A stretch of 64,000 nucleotides of DNA, taken from positions 1,612,001-1,676,000 of the forward strand of contig JAYWIR010000011.1 of assembly GCA_036172245.1 (NCBI GenBank). The letters are read 5' to 3'. This document shows positions 13,956-25,900 of this stretch, in pieces. A program made the translations under genes and the position numbers. Under the pieces are notes generated by a model that saw nothing but the letters and a program-made list of their open reading frames with translations, ran no database searches and was not told the origin of the DNA. The DNA comes from Raillietiella orientalis. Taxonomy: Eukaryota. Within the stretch, counting starts at the first letter, position 1, and each line of letters begins with the position of its first letter.

Positions 13956-16900
13956 GTCGGATGCCGATTTTTTTTTTTTTCTAAAGAGTCCGGTGCTCCT
14001 GACGCCGTTCTTGCAGATGACCTGCTGGTGTATCGGCACGAGAACCAAGAGGTTGTCCTGGTTCATCCGTCCACCATGCGAGAGGAAACCCTCGTGGCAT
14101 CCCGCGTGGTGGTAACGAAAATCTTCGAGTCTCGAAATTTCTGTTGCGCGAATGAGAATTTTTCAGGAGTCCATGAACGTCAGCAGCCACCTCATCTCCC
14201 CGGACAAGAACTACGTGCTGCTCGAGTTCGACGTGATGATGGTAAGTACGAGGCTCACGGCTTTCTCCGGATGGCGTTTTCCTCTACCAGATCAGCCGCG
14301 ACATCAGACTGGCAAGCTATGCCATCTTCGACCTGAAGACAAGGTTTGCTCTTGACCTCTTCCGGGAACAGCCTCCGTGCTGGGAGTCGCTTGGGTCGCG
14401 TCTTCCGGTCAAGTGCAGCTTCCCGTCTAGTGCGTGCGTGTGCCGGACACTCGCTGCTGCGCACATCTCGGCCCCCGCTGCTTGAGCTTCCGCGGTCCTC
14501 TGGGAAAAAAAAAGGGTCTGCGCATAGGTTGGTTACCACAGCGCCACCAAGCAACCGGGCGCACCTACCGACCGGTGCTCATCTCAGGTTTATCCTGCGC
14601 CACCTCCTTCCTTCATTCTTGGTTCACAATCCACGGGGAGTTCGCGCTCACTTTACAGGCACATGGGATACACATGTGTGCTCTCCTCTGAGCTCGGATT
14701 GATCCGAATCCAAAGAGTCCACCCTATGTTGCCTTCCCCAGAGTACCACTCCATCTTCCGCATTCTCAAAACCGTACCTTTGCTGCGTCTTCGAAAAGAT
14801 GCTGGAGCTGGGCGGTCAGGATGCACTCTGCTTCAGTAGCACAGAAAGCGCTCTTCGCGAGCACTTTGCTCTTGCGTCCTTTTCCGCGCGCTTGTTGAGA
14901 AGAAAGGGATGTTATCTTCCGGCAGCTCGAACCCGCTGGTTTCCGGGATTGACACGCTGCTGCCTCGTGAAGACTTGGTTTCCTGTCTTGCGCGAAGAGC
15001 CTCTTGAGCACATAGAAGCTGCCGCCTTTTGGGAGCACAAAGATGGGAAGAGACTTTTTGTAGAGGACTTACAGACAACTCGTGGAAACCCAAGTAAGCT
15101 GCTCTGGGGCGAACGCTCCCATCGGGAGCGCCATTCCTCCCTTCCTCCTCCCCAACTCACCCTCCTACCCGTGGATTATCACTTTTTCATCCGCCGCGCA
15201 GTAATACAATAACACACAGTCCCTCCCATCCCCGCTTTCTTTCGCCACTTGGATTCCTCGAATGATTTCATGCGAGATCCGAAAGGGCAGCTTCTTCTGG
15301 ACACGTTGGTGATCACATCTCTGATTTCCTCGCAGGAAGCTGCGTCTCCACGGAGCCGATGAACTACATCAATTGAATTATCATTCAATTACCGTTACCA
15401 ATTCCATGAATGCTGCGAGGCGCCCGTCGTCTCCAAACTCCACGTGTTCCTCACCCTCTCATGAAAGTATCCGACGCACTCCGGGAAAACTTCCCCACAT
15501 TTTCAAACTTCCCTCTGAAGTCTTGCATTTCTCTTTCGGTGAGGCGTCCCTGGTCCCAGTGGTGAGTTTTTCTTCCCGTAGCGAAAAGGGAAGCAAGAAA
15601 ATGATCTTCTTGGAGAGGGCAGAGGCTTCCGAGAGGCTTCTTTCCGTATGTTCAGAGACTTTCGTGCATTCTTCTCGGATCCGGCACGCAATGAGATGTA
15701 GCAACGTGCAGATTCCCTATTCCTGTTGAGCAGAACCTTTTTAAGGGATCGTTGCTGATGAGACGGCGGATCCTGCCCTGGAAGAAACGCTTCGTCTTTC
15801 ACTTTAATTGATTAGCTCACGAGAGGAACTCTTCATTCGATCACCTGAAGACAAAAGGCACACACAGCATCAGTACACTGAATTGCGTTATGTATCAGTT
15901 CGTGAAGTGTGTGTGAGAAAGAATTCCATCTGCTCTGCTAATGGCAAATGGTGACCTGCCTGAGGAAGAATACATGTGTCTGTTCCCTTAAGCTTCTCGA
16001 GCCCAAGTTATACATACATAAACATTTCGTCACACATATACATCTGTCGGAAGAGTATGATTTCATACTTCAAAAGGTACCTCATCATTCGCGAACGTTT
16101 GCCTCAGCATCCGGGTTATCTTTTGGCGCGATGCTCCTGTGAAGTCCGAAGTCTGAAGCGACGAGTAGCCTCATGGCTACCGGTCGCTTCAGTCCTCGGT
16201 TCGACCTGACGTTCGAGCGATGCACTGAACCGCCGAGTGTCGAAGAGTGGTTGTGCAGCGACGAGACGGACACACGAGGAGGTCAAATACTCGTTTCTTT
16301 TTCTTTTTTCAGCAGGGAGGGTACGCACGTATTTATATGTACATATATATATATATGTATATTGGAGTGTGTTCGTTCCTTCCCTTGGATCCTTGGCCAC
16401 GGAATATTTCAGGTCGATGCAAATGCTGAGTACTTACGAAGGGGGAAAGTTCCAGAAATTTCAACGTGCTGAATGGGCCCCTGATAGCTCCATACTTATG
16501 ACGCACGAGAATGACATCTACTACCAACCGGATCCCAATTCTTCTGTTGTCGTGAGAATCACCGAAAATGGAAACGTGTTTAGCTTTTCTGACGGGATGC
16601 TGGATTGGCTGGATCAAGGTAGTTTCGTTTCGATGTTTACAGAGAGCGACTTGATATTCGATTTTGCCCTGTCTATTTGAATGAGGGGTAATTTTCCCAG
16701 CATTGGGGTGTGTGGCCCATTTTCACTAAAGTTGATTATTGATCCAACCTGGGCTTCCCGCATGGAGGCTCATGTTTCCCGTGGAGATTCCGTCGCATCG
16801 TTAGCCATTCGATCTCTTCCTGCCCGACGAGGGGCCCAACCAGCGAAACCGTGGAAAAAAAAAAAAAAAACGCTCGGAAGAAATCGGTTGCATGTAGTCG

Positions 16901-19900
16901 TTTAGCTTCATGGGGACGTAACTTTCGTTGCAGAGACCTCGGCTTCTTTTTCCAAGAGTTTTTGGCCGTCCCTCGACTCCAGGTGGCTGCTGTACGCCGC
17001 ATTCAGTGACAGCCACATTTTGAGAGTGCACATGCCGATTTATGTGGAAACTGGACCAAACGAAACGTCTTTACCTCTGAGGAACGTTTCGTATCCTAAG
17101 GTCAAAGGGGAAGAACGAGACGAGCACCTCAAAGTGCTGCCTTTCAGATGGGGAGCAGCAACCCTTTCGTTAGCCTTCATCTGACCGACTTAACGGCTCA
17201 TCGCAACAAAGAGGTGCCGAAGACAATCCAGCTGGAGATGAAATACAGGTAAATGGGGATTCTGCACCTGCGCTGGCGCTCTCTTCGCATGGGGCGGCGA
17301 GAGGAGCGTCGGCTGAGCGTTTCCGCACGCTCCGTCGGGCTTCACTTCGGGGGTCGGGTGCCGCGGGAACGGGAAAAACCGCGGTGCCCGTTTTCCGGCT
17401 GCGCGTGGCAAATCCATCAGCCCTTCGCACGGGAAGAATCGAATTCCCTCCCTGACTCTGCACGCCGATCGCGTGGGTGGGCCACCACCGACTTCGGCCG
17501 ACCGACGATTGGCAGAGAACTCTTTCCCGAAGGAAATGGTAACTTGACCGTTTCTTTGGGCGGAGGCAGCGCACTTCAGATTCCAGTGTGCCATCTGGGG
17601 CACTGAACGACGGATCGGACGAGCGACCCATCTTTCCTGGCACTGTCGGCTCACCTTTGCAGCCGGTCACACTTGTGCTTTCCACTGAGGTTTCCCCCCG
17701 ACCTCTCCCATCCGGCAGACCTCTACGCCCGTTCTGGTTATCAGGTGGATCAGAGACGATGCATCCACCACTCCATTCCTGGTTCCCTTGGTCGTCTTCG
17801 TGCCGAGTGTGCACATCTGGAAGTCTTCCTCCGGTATCTTTCAAGCTGTTTTTATTCACGGATCAGCTCCTCCCTCCCTCCCCCTCTCCCTTCCTCATCG
17901 TCCCAAACATCTTTCTTTTCGACGACGTCTGCTGTCATCTTACGGGTATCGAATCAGAGAGGAGCAAAACGAAAGTGTGAAGCAAACTCGGGCCCTTGGA
18001 AGTTCACCTCTTGACAGAGCGCACGATGGTGCTGCTGCATCGCGGCGCCGTGCTAAGATCCGCTGGGCTAACGGAGCCCCTTGACTTCAACGATGCTACG
18101 GATGCAAGAACCAAGACGAGAAGCAAGCGCGAGCGGGAGGTCCAACGACGAAGCGTCCGTCCCGAGTGACAGACGGTCGGTTCAGGTGAAGCAGCGTCGA
18201 AACGGAACAGCGGCTTAACACCCGGAGGAGGCGTTCCAGTGCGTCAGATGCGGGAGCATCGCATTTCTGTCCAGAGCGAAGATTTTGGCGCCGTTCTGTG
18301 GATGCTGGAGGAAGTCGGCTGGAGACGGAGAGAGAGTTCCTGCTGTCTCCGATTCGCTGCGTGTAGTTCCAATCCGCCTGCGGCCACGGAAGCGCGCGCA
18401 GGCATCGCGCGCCCATTCGTGTTCTTCACGATCCTCCGAACACCCTGTTTGCATTTTCAGCAACATCCGCTTGTCTTCTGTCCAGTGGACGAACAACCTG
18501 ACCGTCGCAGTGTGCTGGAGCACTCAGGACGGAGATTCTCTGTTCCTGTCCGTTTGCGAGTCTCCGGCATGGACGTGTGACCACAGAAATGTGAGAGAGC
18601 AATCCACTCTTGACGAGAAAACCTTATAGATCTACAATAACGAAGATGATGAATATAAGCGTTTCCGTTTCCAACCGGTTATTTTTACAGAAAATCCTTC
18701 CTTCTACTTGTTGTTGATCCCAACAGTTGGAATCAGGAAGGAACAGATCATGCAAGTAGTGCTGATCGATGTGGCAAAGAACGTCTTCAAGCTGCTCACC
18801 GACTCCACGTTCGACGTCACGTCTTTCCTGGGATACGACGGCAGCAACCACTCGGCGTAAGTACGCACCTCGTCCACGCTTGCACGCCGGTTGTTTTTCT
18901 TGCGGGGCGACTGCGACCCGCCATCTTGCGGAAGTGGGGCGCGCTCACGGGGAGAGGGGGGATGGAGCAACAACAATACAATGTGGAGATCAAGGAGGCA
19001 GCGGAAGTTTGCTGTCCCTTGGGATGCAGCGGTCGTGTTGCGTTTCTCGGCCGGGGTTCGCGGAGCGGCAGCTTGCATCCATCTGGCGGATGCCTGGTTC
19101 TCTGGAATGCTTCCCGGAACGCACTGCCGCCTTCTTCGAGAGAGGGACAGCTAATCGCTCTCCGCGCCGTGTCAAGGACATCCTCGAGCTCGACGTTTTG
19201 CGCCAAATCCCGGGGAGAGAGAGGGTTCCTCGCTTAATCTCATGGGGGCACTTTGAGCGTGGAAGGGCTTTCCTCTTGAAATCTGCTTATCAGCTAGCAC
19301 AGAGGTAGGACGGGAGAAGGGCTCTTGCTATGAGCATGCACGGGGGCGAAGGGGGTGAAAGAGTCGGAGTGCACTACCGGGAAGGAGAAGGGAGGGAGGG
19401 TGGAGGAAGGGGAAAGAGACCTTCGGGTAGTGGTTTCTCCCTCTCGGGATCATCGGAAGGAACGGTTTTTACGGGAAGCAGCGACACCTCTCCGGGACGA
19501 TTCCCCGCCGAAGGGGAGGCCGTCCTGCTTTCACGAGACCAGCACTCTAAGAAAAGGGGTGAGGAGGGACACGCCCCTCTGGGTCTTCTCCCACCCGAAC
19601 GGGGGGAGGAGGCAGAGCGACCCGGAAAAGAGAGCGGACCGAGCTACCCTTCCTCGGCGCTCGTGCTCTCCCCGAAAGGGGTGGGACTACGGCCGCGTGA
19701 CTTTGAGGCTGCTGCGAAGGGCGTTCTTCCAGTTCCCCCGCGTTTTCCGACGCGAAGGAGCGGCGGTTCCGGAGGAGTCACCATGGCGACACTCCGGGGG
19801 AGGAAGGCGTCTCAGCGGCTCCCTGCGTTCCGCTGCGCAGACGAAACTCCGTCTCTGCGGTACGCGGGCCGTTTGCTGCGGACCGGCAGGCAGCCCTCTC

Positions 19901-22900
19901 GGCCCACGCCTTCCCCCGGCTGTTGTCGAATTTCTCCGATGAGCGCGGAAGCGCCGCGCTTTGCTGCGGGTTCGCCTTTGCAGTCGGAACGGGGCGAAGC
20001 AGAGCTGCCGGCACCCTCTGAGGGTCGAAGTGGTGCGCAGCGAAGATCCTGAACAACTCTTCCTCCTGCTTGGACCGATTTCAAACCATCCACTTTCCGT
20101 TCGGCAGCGGAGACTTCCCTGCCTCTGGGCCATGATGGAAAGCCAAGACGTTGGCGCCGTCCATCCGAGTAGCTTTCCCAAGTCGCACGTACCCTGTGGG
20201 ATTACATACGATGCGCTCTGGAGACCTGCAGCCTTTAATTGGTTGAAGTCCCCTCAAGGGCTTGCCGTTTCTGTGGCGTTCGGTCTCCTCCGTGTTCCCT
20301 TTTATTTTTCTTTTTTTTTTTTTTCAACTTCTGGAAGGTCGAAATCACCTTTTTGGGATGGTGCCTGGTATCAGAAAGAGCTTGAAATTCATCGCCCAGT
20401 CACGTCCGGGGGGGGCTGCCGGGTAGTGTGCCAGCTCACATCACCCGGTTCGGCTCGCTGCGGCGAGGAGTTCCCGAGGGAAAACGGAAAGTTCAAGGAT
20501 GGCAACCACTGACTCTCAGGTCGGTCACTCCGGAAGTCCGGAAAGGGTGGGAGGGGATGATAAAGAAACGAACGAAAAAAAAAAGAACGGAAGAACGGAA
20601 GGCAGAGGCAGGGTGGGAGTCTTTGGCTTTCCCCGTTCCTTCTCAAAAACAGGGAAACGTCCGCAACGGAAGGGAGGGGGCAGCAAACAAAGAAATAAAT
20701 GAAGGGTGAGGGTGAGGACAGGGGTCTTTGGCTTCGACCATTCCCTCCTTCTAGAACCGGAGCTCGACGCCGGGCATCTTCGTTCTGACTTCTTCCAGGT
20801 GGGACCACCGAGCAGGCCGTCCTCATGTAGGCGACCTGCACCACGCGCGCGACCTTCCTTCGCTGGCGCCTGCGTTTGCAAAACAGGAGGGAGGGGCCAC
20901 CAGGGAGGGGTTCTTCGGGGGCGATACTGACGGGGTCCCTTCGCCTGGGAACGAGGGCTGGCGTCGTCGTCGTCCGCCAACTCGCTTGTGGTCCAGCCGC
21001 CCAGGAGTGTGGTCCCTCCTGCAACGGAGTGGGGAGAACTCCCACTCCGCCGGTGGGCAACTGACGTTTCTTGCCCTTAAAAGCTGCAAACCAAGAGCAA
21101 TGGAGCATTTACAGGCCCCTCCATAAGAATGTGCTTGTGTACAGCAGTCACTATTGCCCGAGGTGGGCGGTTCCGCTTTGCAAGAATCTGTCCTCCACTT
21201 CATCTCGAGTCGAAGCTGGTAGTTTTACAATTCGAAGAGTGCGAATCCTAAAAGTTATTGTTCCGTGGTTGTTGTTGTCGCTGATGCTCCAATGCTATTG
21301 TTATTCCCCTGTTGCCATTTCATTGTTCATATTTTTGTACAAGTTTTGTGATTTCGCCAGAGAGGGCGGGGATGTTTTTCGATGGGTACACGGGACTTCC
21401 ACTGATCCCCGGTCATGCACTGATGAGTTTCAATTTCCGTTTCCAGATATTTTCTGGCTCGACCTTCCTCCAAAAGCGATCAGAGGCTGCTCTACAAGAT
21501 CGAAAACGTTGTCACCCACGTCAAGAGGCCGGCAACCTGCGTCTCCTGCCTCTTACTTGGCAACGACACATCGTGCACCTTCGTGAACTCTGTCATTTCC
21601 CCGAATTTTAAATACGTCGTCTTGGAATGCTTGGGACCGGACATTCCGACCGTTCGGCTGTGCTCCCTAGAAAGGTCCGAATGCCGCACGTTGGTGGGAA
21701 ACGGGAGGCTGAAAAGCAGGATGAGGGAATTTGCATTGCCACTGGTTCGCAACATTCCTTTGTTTGTTGATGGTCATTTCGAAGGGAGAGCCAGGCTGCT
21801 GCTACCTCCGACTTTCGAAGAGGACGAGAAGATGCAGTATCCTTTGGTGCTGGAGAGGCAAGAATTTTCCATTGTGACTTGATCGTCCCCTCACCACCCC
21901 TTGACCACCCCTTGTTTCAAGGAAGCTGGGAGGGCGGGAAACGCTCGTGGGGAGCTCCGTTTGGCATAGGATGGCCCCGGGTTCCATGCCTGTGGCGCAT
22001 GCGCCCTGTGGCGAACTCCACGGCCATCGCAGATTCTCACAGTGAGCGCGGCGTGCATCGAAGCGCAGGAAATTTCTGGAACGGAAACTGCATATTCGGC
22101 GGATGCTGGACCTTCAGGAGAACGGCTGCCGTCTCGCGCACACTCTCTGGAGGTCCTCGTGTCTTCTGAACTTGGAAGCTTTCGAGACCGCGCGCTTTGT
22201 CCTTCCCGGAGCGATGATGAACTGCTGGTCTTCTCGTGGTCATTCTATCCTTCTCTGTAATTTGGCGCACCCCTGAAAGTCATCTTTCTCGCGTCTCTCC
22301 TTCCTCCCTCAAATTTTCCCGCTCTCCGGAAAGATTTCCCGCAAATTCCCGGAAGGTTTCGGATTTCGCCTCCTGCTCGGCGTCACCGTCTTCCGACCTC
22401 GATCGACCTGCAAGAAGCGCTGACGAAACGATCCAGGGATGTGTGCCTCTCGGAATCTCCGTTCCAGGGTCGTCCATAGGCCGAGAATGGCAGCCAGGGG
22501 GCAGGTCGACCGGTCCAATGGCAGAAGAGGGGCGTCCCGCGGCTTCCAGGTCCTTCCGCAACCGTGACGGCAGGTCCTCCGCGCCGTCCCTTCTCCCGCA
22601 ATACGTGGAGGAACACGTGACGAGCTCCGGACTCGGTGCTTCCGTCGTTCCTCCCTTGTCTTTGAGAGAGCAGTCCCGTCGGCTCACTCGCTTCCTGCTT
22701 CCAGGAAGCTTCAGACCAGTGCGCTGCCCACATCCGGCTCGACTCTTCTGGATGCACTCCGAGGTGCCCCCCCCCCCTTCATCCACACCGCTTTGCATTG
22801 GTGGTGGCTGACCGGCCGTTGCGTGCCTCCGGGCACATCCATGCTCAAGGCAGCCAGAGTTCTTGGTCGTCTCCCTTGCGCGATCCCCCCTTGCCCCCGC

Positions 22901-25900
22901 TTTTCCGGAGCCTCCTCTCTTTCAGCGAAGCCCTCGAAAGCATCGTACTCGCCTGCCTCGCCCGTGACCTACAAGGGGTGGTCGCGAGCGGCTTCGCTTT
23001 CAAAGATCCCGTGCGGAGGCGATGAAAGCGATCGTTGTCGGACGTGTGGACTTGGGGCGGCGCCGCGGCGCGTCTCGCTCGTAAGGGGCACCCTCCTTCC
23101 GAGCGAACGTTCCTCCAGGTGGCACCGATACTGTTCCGCGACGCCGTGCGGGCGGGTGTTGGTGGAGGCAGGGAGGGCGGGTAGGCCGAGGGTGTAGCGG
23201 GAGGAATGAACTCTCCTTGTTTTCCTTCCAGTGTCGCGACCTCGTTCAAGCTGGAAGAGGCGTGGAAGTTCCACTGGGGAACGTACCTCGTGTCCCAGAA
23301 AGAGTACATTTACGCCACGCTGGAGCAAGGGGACGCGGGCGGAGTCCCTCCTGCGGACGGCGCGTCCTTCGCCGAGTCGTCTTCCGATCGTCTGATCCTC
23401 CTCACCAAGTGACGTAACGATCGGGGTATGCCTCCCGGAGGTCTGGTGTGTGTGTGTTTTGGCGTTGCAGGACCCTCATCAGCAACTTCACCTACATCGA
23501 TGAGTACAAGACCGCCCTGTGGGGACGGGATTTCGGCGCCCAGCTGGCTCTACTCTCCCTGGCGAAGGAAGCGTTCTTCGAATGCGCCATAGCCGTGTCG
23601 CCAGTAGACGAGTGGGACAGATTCTGTGAGTGGTTCCCCAGGGGGACGAAGGTGTGCTGCAGGGGGGGGGGGGGGACAACCGGGTCTGCACCGTGGGGCT
23701 CGCGTGACGCGCGCGCGCGCAGGTGACGTGTTCCCGACCGACCGAGCGTTCCACCCGAATCGGGGGATCGCTTCGTCTTCCTGGCAGTCCAGGGAGACGG
23801 CGACGAAGGAGGGGGAAAATCAGGGCGCAGAGGAATCTGGAAAGGGCGGTCGCGGAGAAACGAGAAGGATGTTTTTTGGGGAAGGGGCGGGGATCCCAGC
23901 GGTGCGCCGTTCTAGAATTCTCGCGGCTTTCGCTCGCCTTCTATTTTTGCTCCCTAGGAGGACGCTCGGAATTTCGCGTGGGGATCTTCCCGGGAACGGA
24001 AGGGGGAGGGGGGGGAGAAATATCGAAGCTTCTGGGATCTCGAATGGTTGCGCCAGCCAGCCTCACCGCATGCATCCACTGCGAGGCAGTCGCACCCCCC
24101 CTTCTTGCGACTTCCAACTCGACAGCAGCTCCCTGACGACAGGCCTCTGGTGATCGCTCGTGATCTCGGGGAGGGGAAGGGGGAAGGAGTGCAAGGAAGT
24201 CGGGGGAGCCCTCCGTGGAAAATCGTCTTCCTTATCTGAAGTTGAGACTGAGCTCGGATTCCTTCACCCGTGCTGACATCTAGCGAGCGAGCTGGGAGCG
24301 ACTCGATCCTCGAGGTTTGTCTCCGTAAAGGGTCGCTGGACTAGGGACCCTTTGCGGGCGCACCGGACCATTTGCTCCAAGGCGACACCCCTTGGAGCAG
24401 GTGGGGGCGTTCCCTAGACTGCCTTAGACTGCCCCGGCAGGTCATCGCTGAAATGGCCCTTGGGGCGGCGGCAGTCTCTCCCTTCCACGCCGTCGCCTTT
24501 GCTTCGACCGCTCGCGACGTGCGCGTCGAAAGGGGATCTCCCGCCCCCCGCCCCACCTCTCCGGGAGAACCATGGAGGGGGTGTTTAGAAGCTGCCTCAT
24601 CCTGGAGGTGACAGCGGAAACCCTGATCGCGCGACCGATCCCTCGGCCTCGCTAGACGTCGCCAGCGCGGTTCCCGTCTCCAGGAGCGTCTCGCGGTCGT
24701 CGCGGAGCACTGTCTCACCCCCCTGGCTCTGCCGACTTCCTGGGTCCGTCGAGGTAGTCACGGCTGCTCTCCCGCCCCATCCCCGAAAAGTTCGATGCGA
24801 ACGCCAGCCGCCGATTCCTGCTCTCGACCTTAAGACAGGAGCCGGTGCACCGCCTCCCCCCTCTGCGATAGCCACCTCCCCCTTCTTTCTCCGCGGACGA
24901 AGGAGCGAATCCGTTTCGCAAGATGCGCGCGCGGAACTTCCTCTTCGTCTTGACGTCACAGGTTTCCTCCCTCCCATACGGGAAACGACACGCACGCAAA
25001 CAAACAAAAAAAGAACTGCAATTAATGATTGCGTCTCGGTTGCTCCTTGCGAGAGAAAAGAAGAGCGGCTATAAAAGTCAGGGGAGGAGGGAGTCCTCCT
25101 AATGAGAGATTTTCTTCGGGGAACAGCAGCATCTGGGGAGAGTCCGCTAGTCGCTCGATGGTGCAGAGCTGGCATTTCGGGGGCCCCGAAGGTTGCGGGG
25201 CTTTTAGCTTCGCCCCATTTCTTCTCTCCCTGCTCATGCCAGTTGAGGACCCAATCTGCGCGGAGGCATCCCGCATTCGGAGGCTCCAAGGACACGGCAA
25301 CGGCGCTGGCGGACGCACGGCTGGAGACGACGAAGATGGCTCTCGGAAACGGTTGGCGCACTTCCTCGAGAGACGGAAGGGGAAGCAAGGAGGGGGGAGT
25401 ATGGTGGAACTGGCCAAAGCCGAGCGGCTGGCGGAGGGACGAGCGGGATCGGAAACTTCGGGACTCCATCAGCGCTGCGAAAGAGTGCGAGACCTGGAGA
25501 CTTTGGAAACGCGGACGGAGGAATAGCAGGCAGTCGCGGGCGTGGCGAGGAACCCCAGGGGGGACCGTCCGCCTCGGCACCAGCCCCTCCATATCAGCCT
25601 TCTCCGCCATCGAGGGAAACACGCGTCGTCCTCTCGTTACTCCGGCCGCCGTCCAAGGGCGCTGCGGGCTGACGAACGCTCGGGCTGCGTAGCAAAGAGT
25701 CCGGTTGCGCGGGGCCCCCTGCCTCCGCTTGCCTACGGCTCGACCGCGTCCCCTTACATGGGCGCCTCACCTAGCTGCCACGCACTTCCCATCTGATTCG
25801 ACTCGTGAACCGTTCGCCTGGGGGCTCACGCAGCTCTTTGGAGCTGCCCACGCCACTCGAGGGCGTCTGTGACTCTTCAAATTACGGAGGGTTGCCCTTG

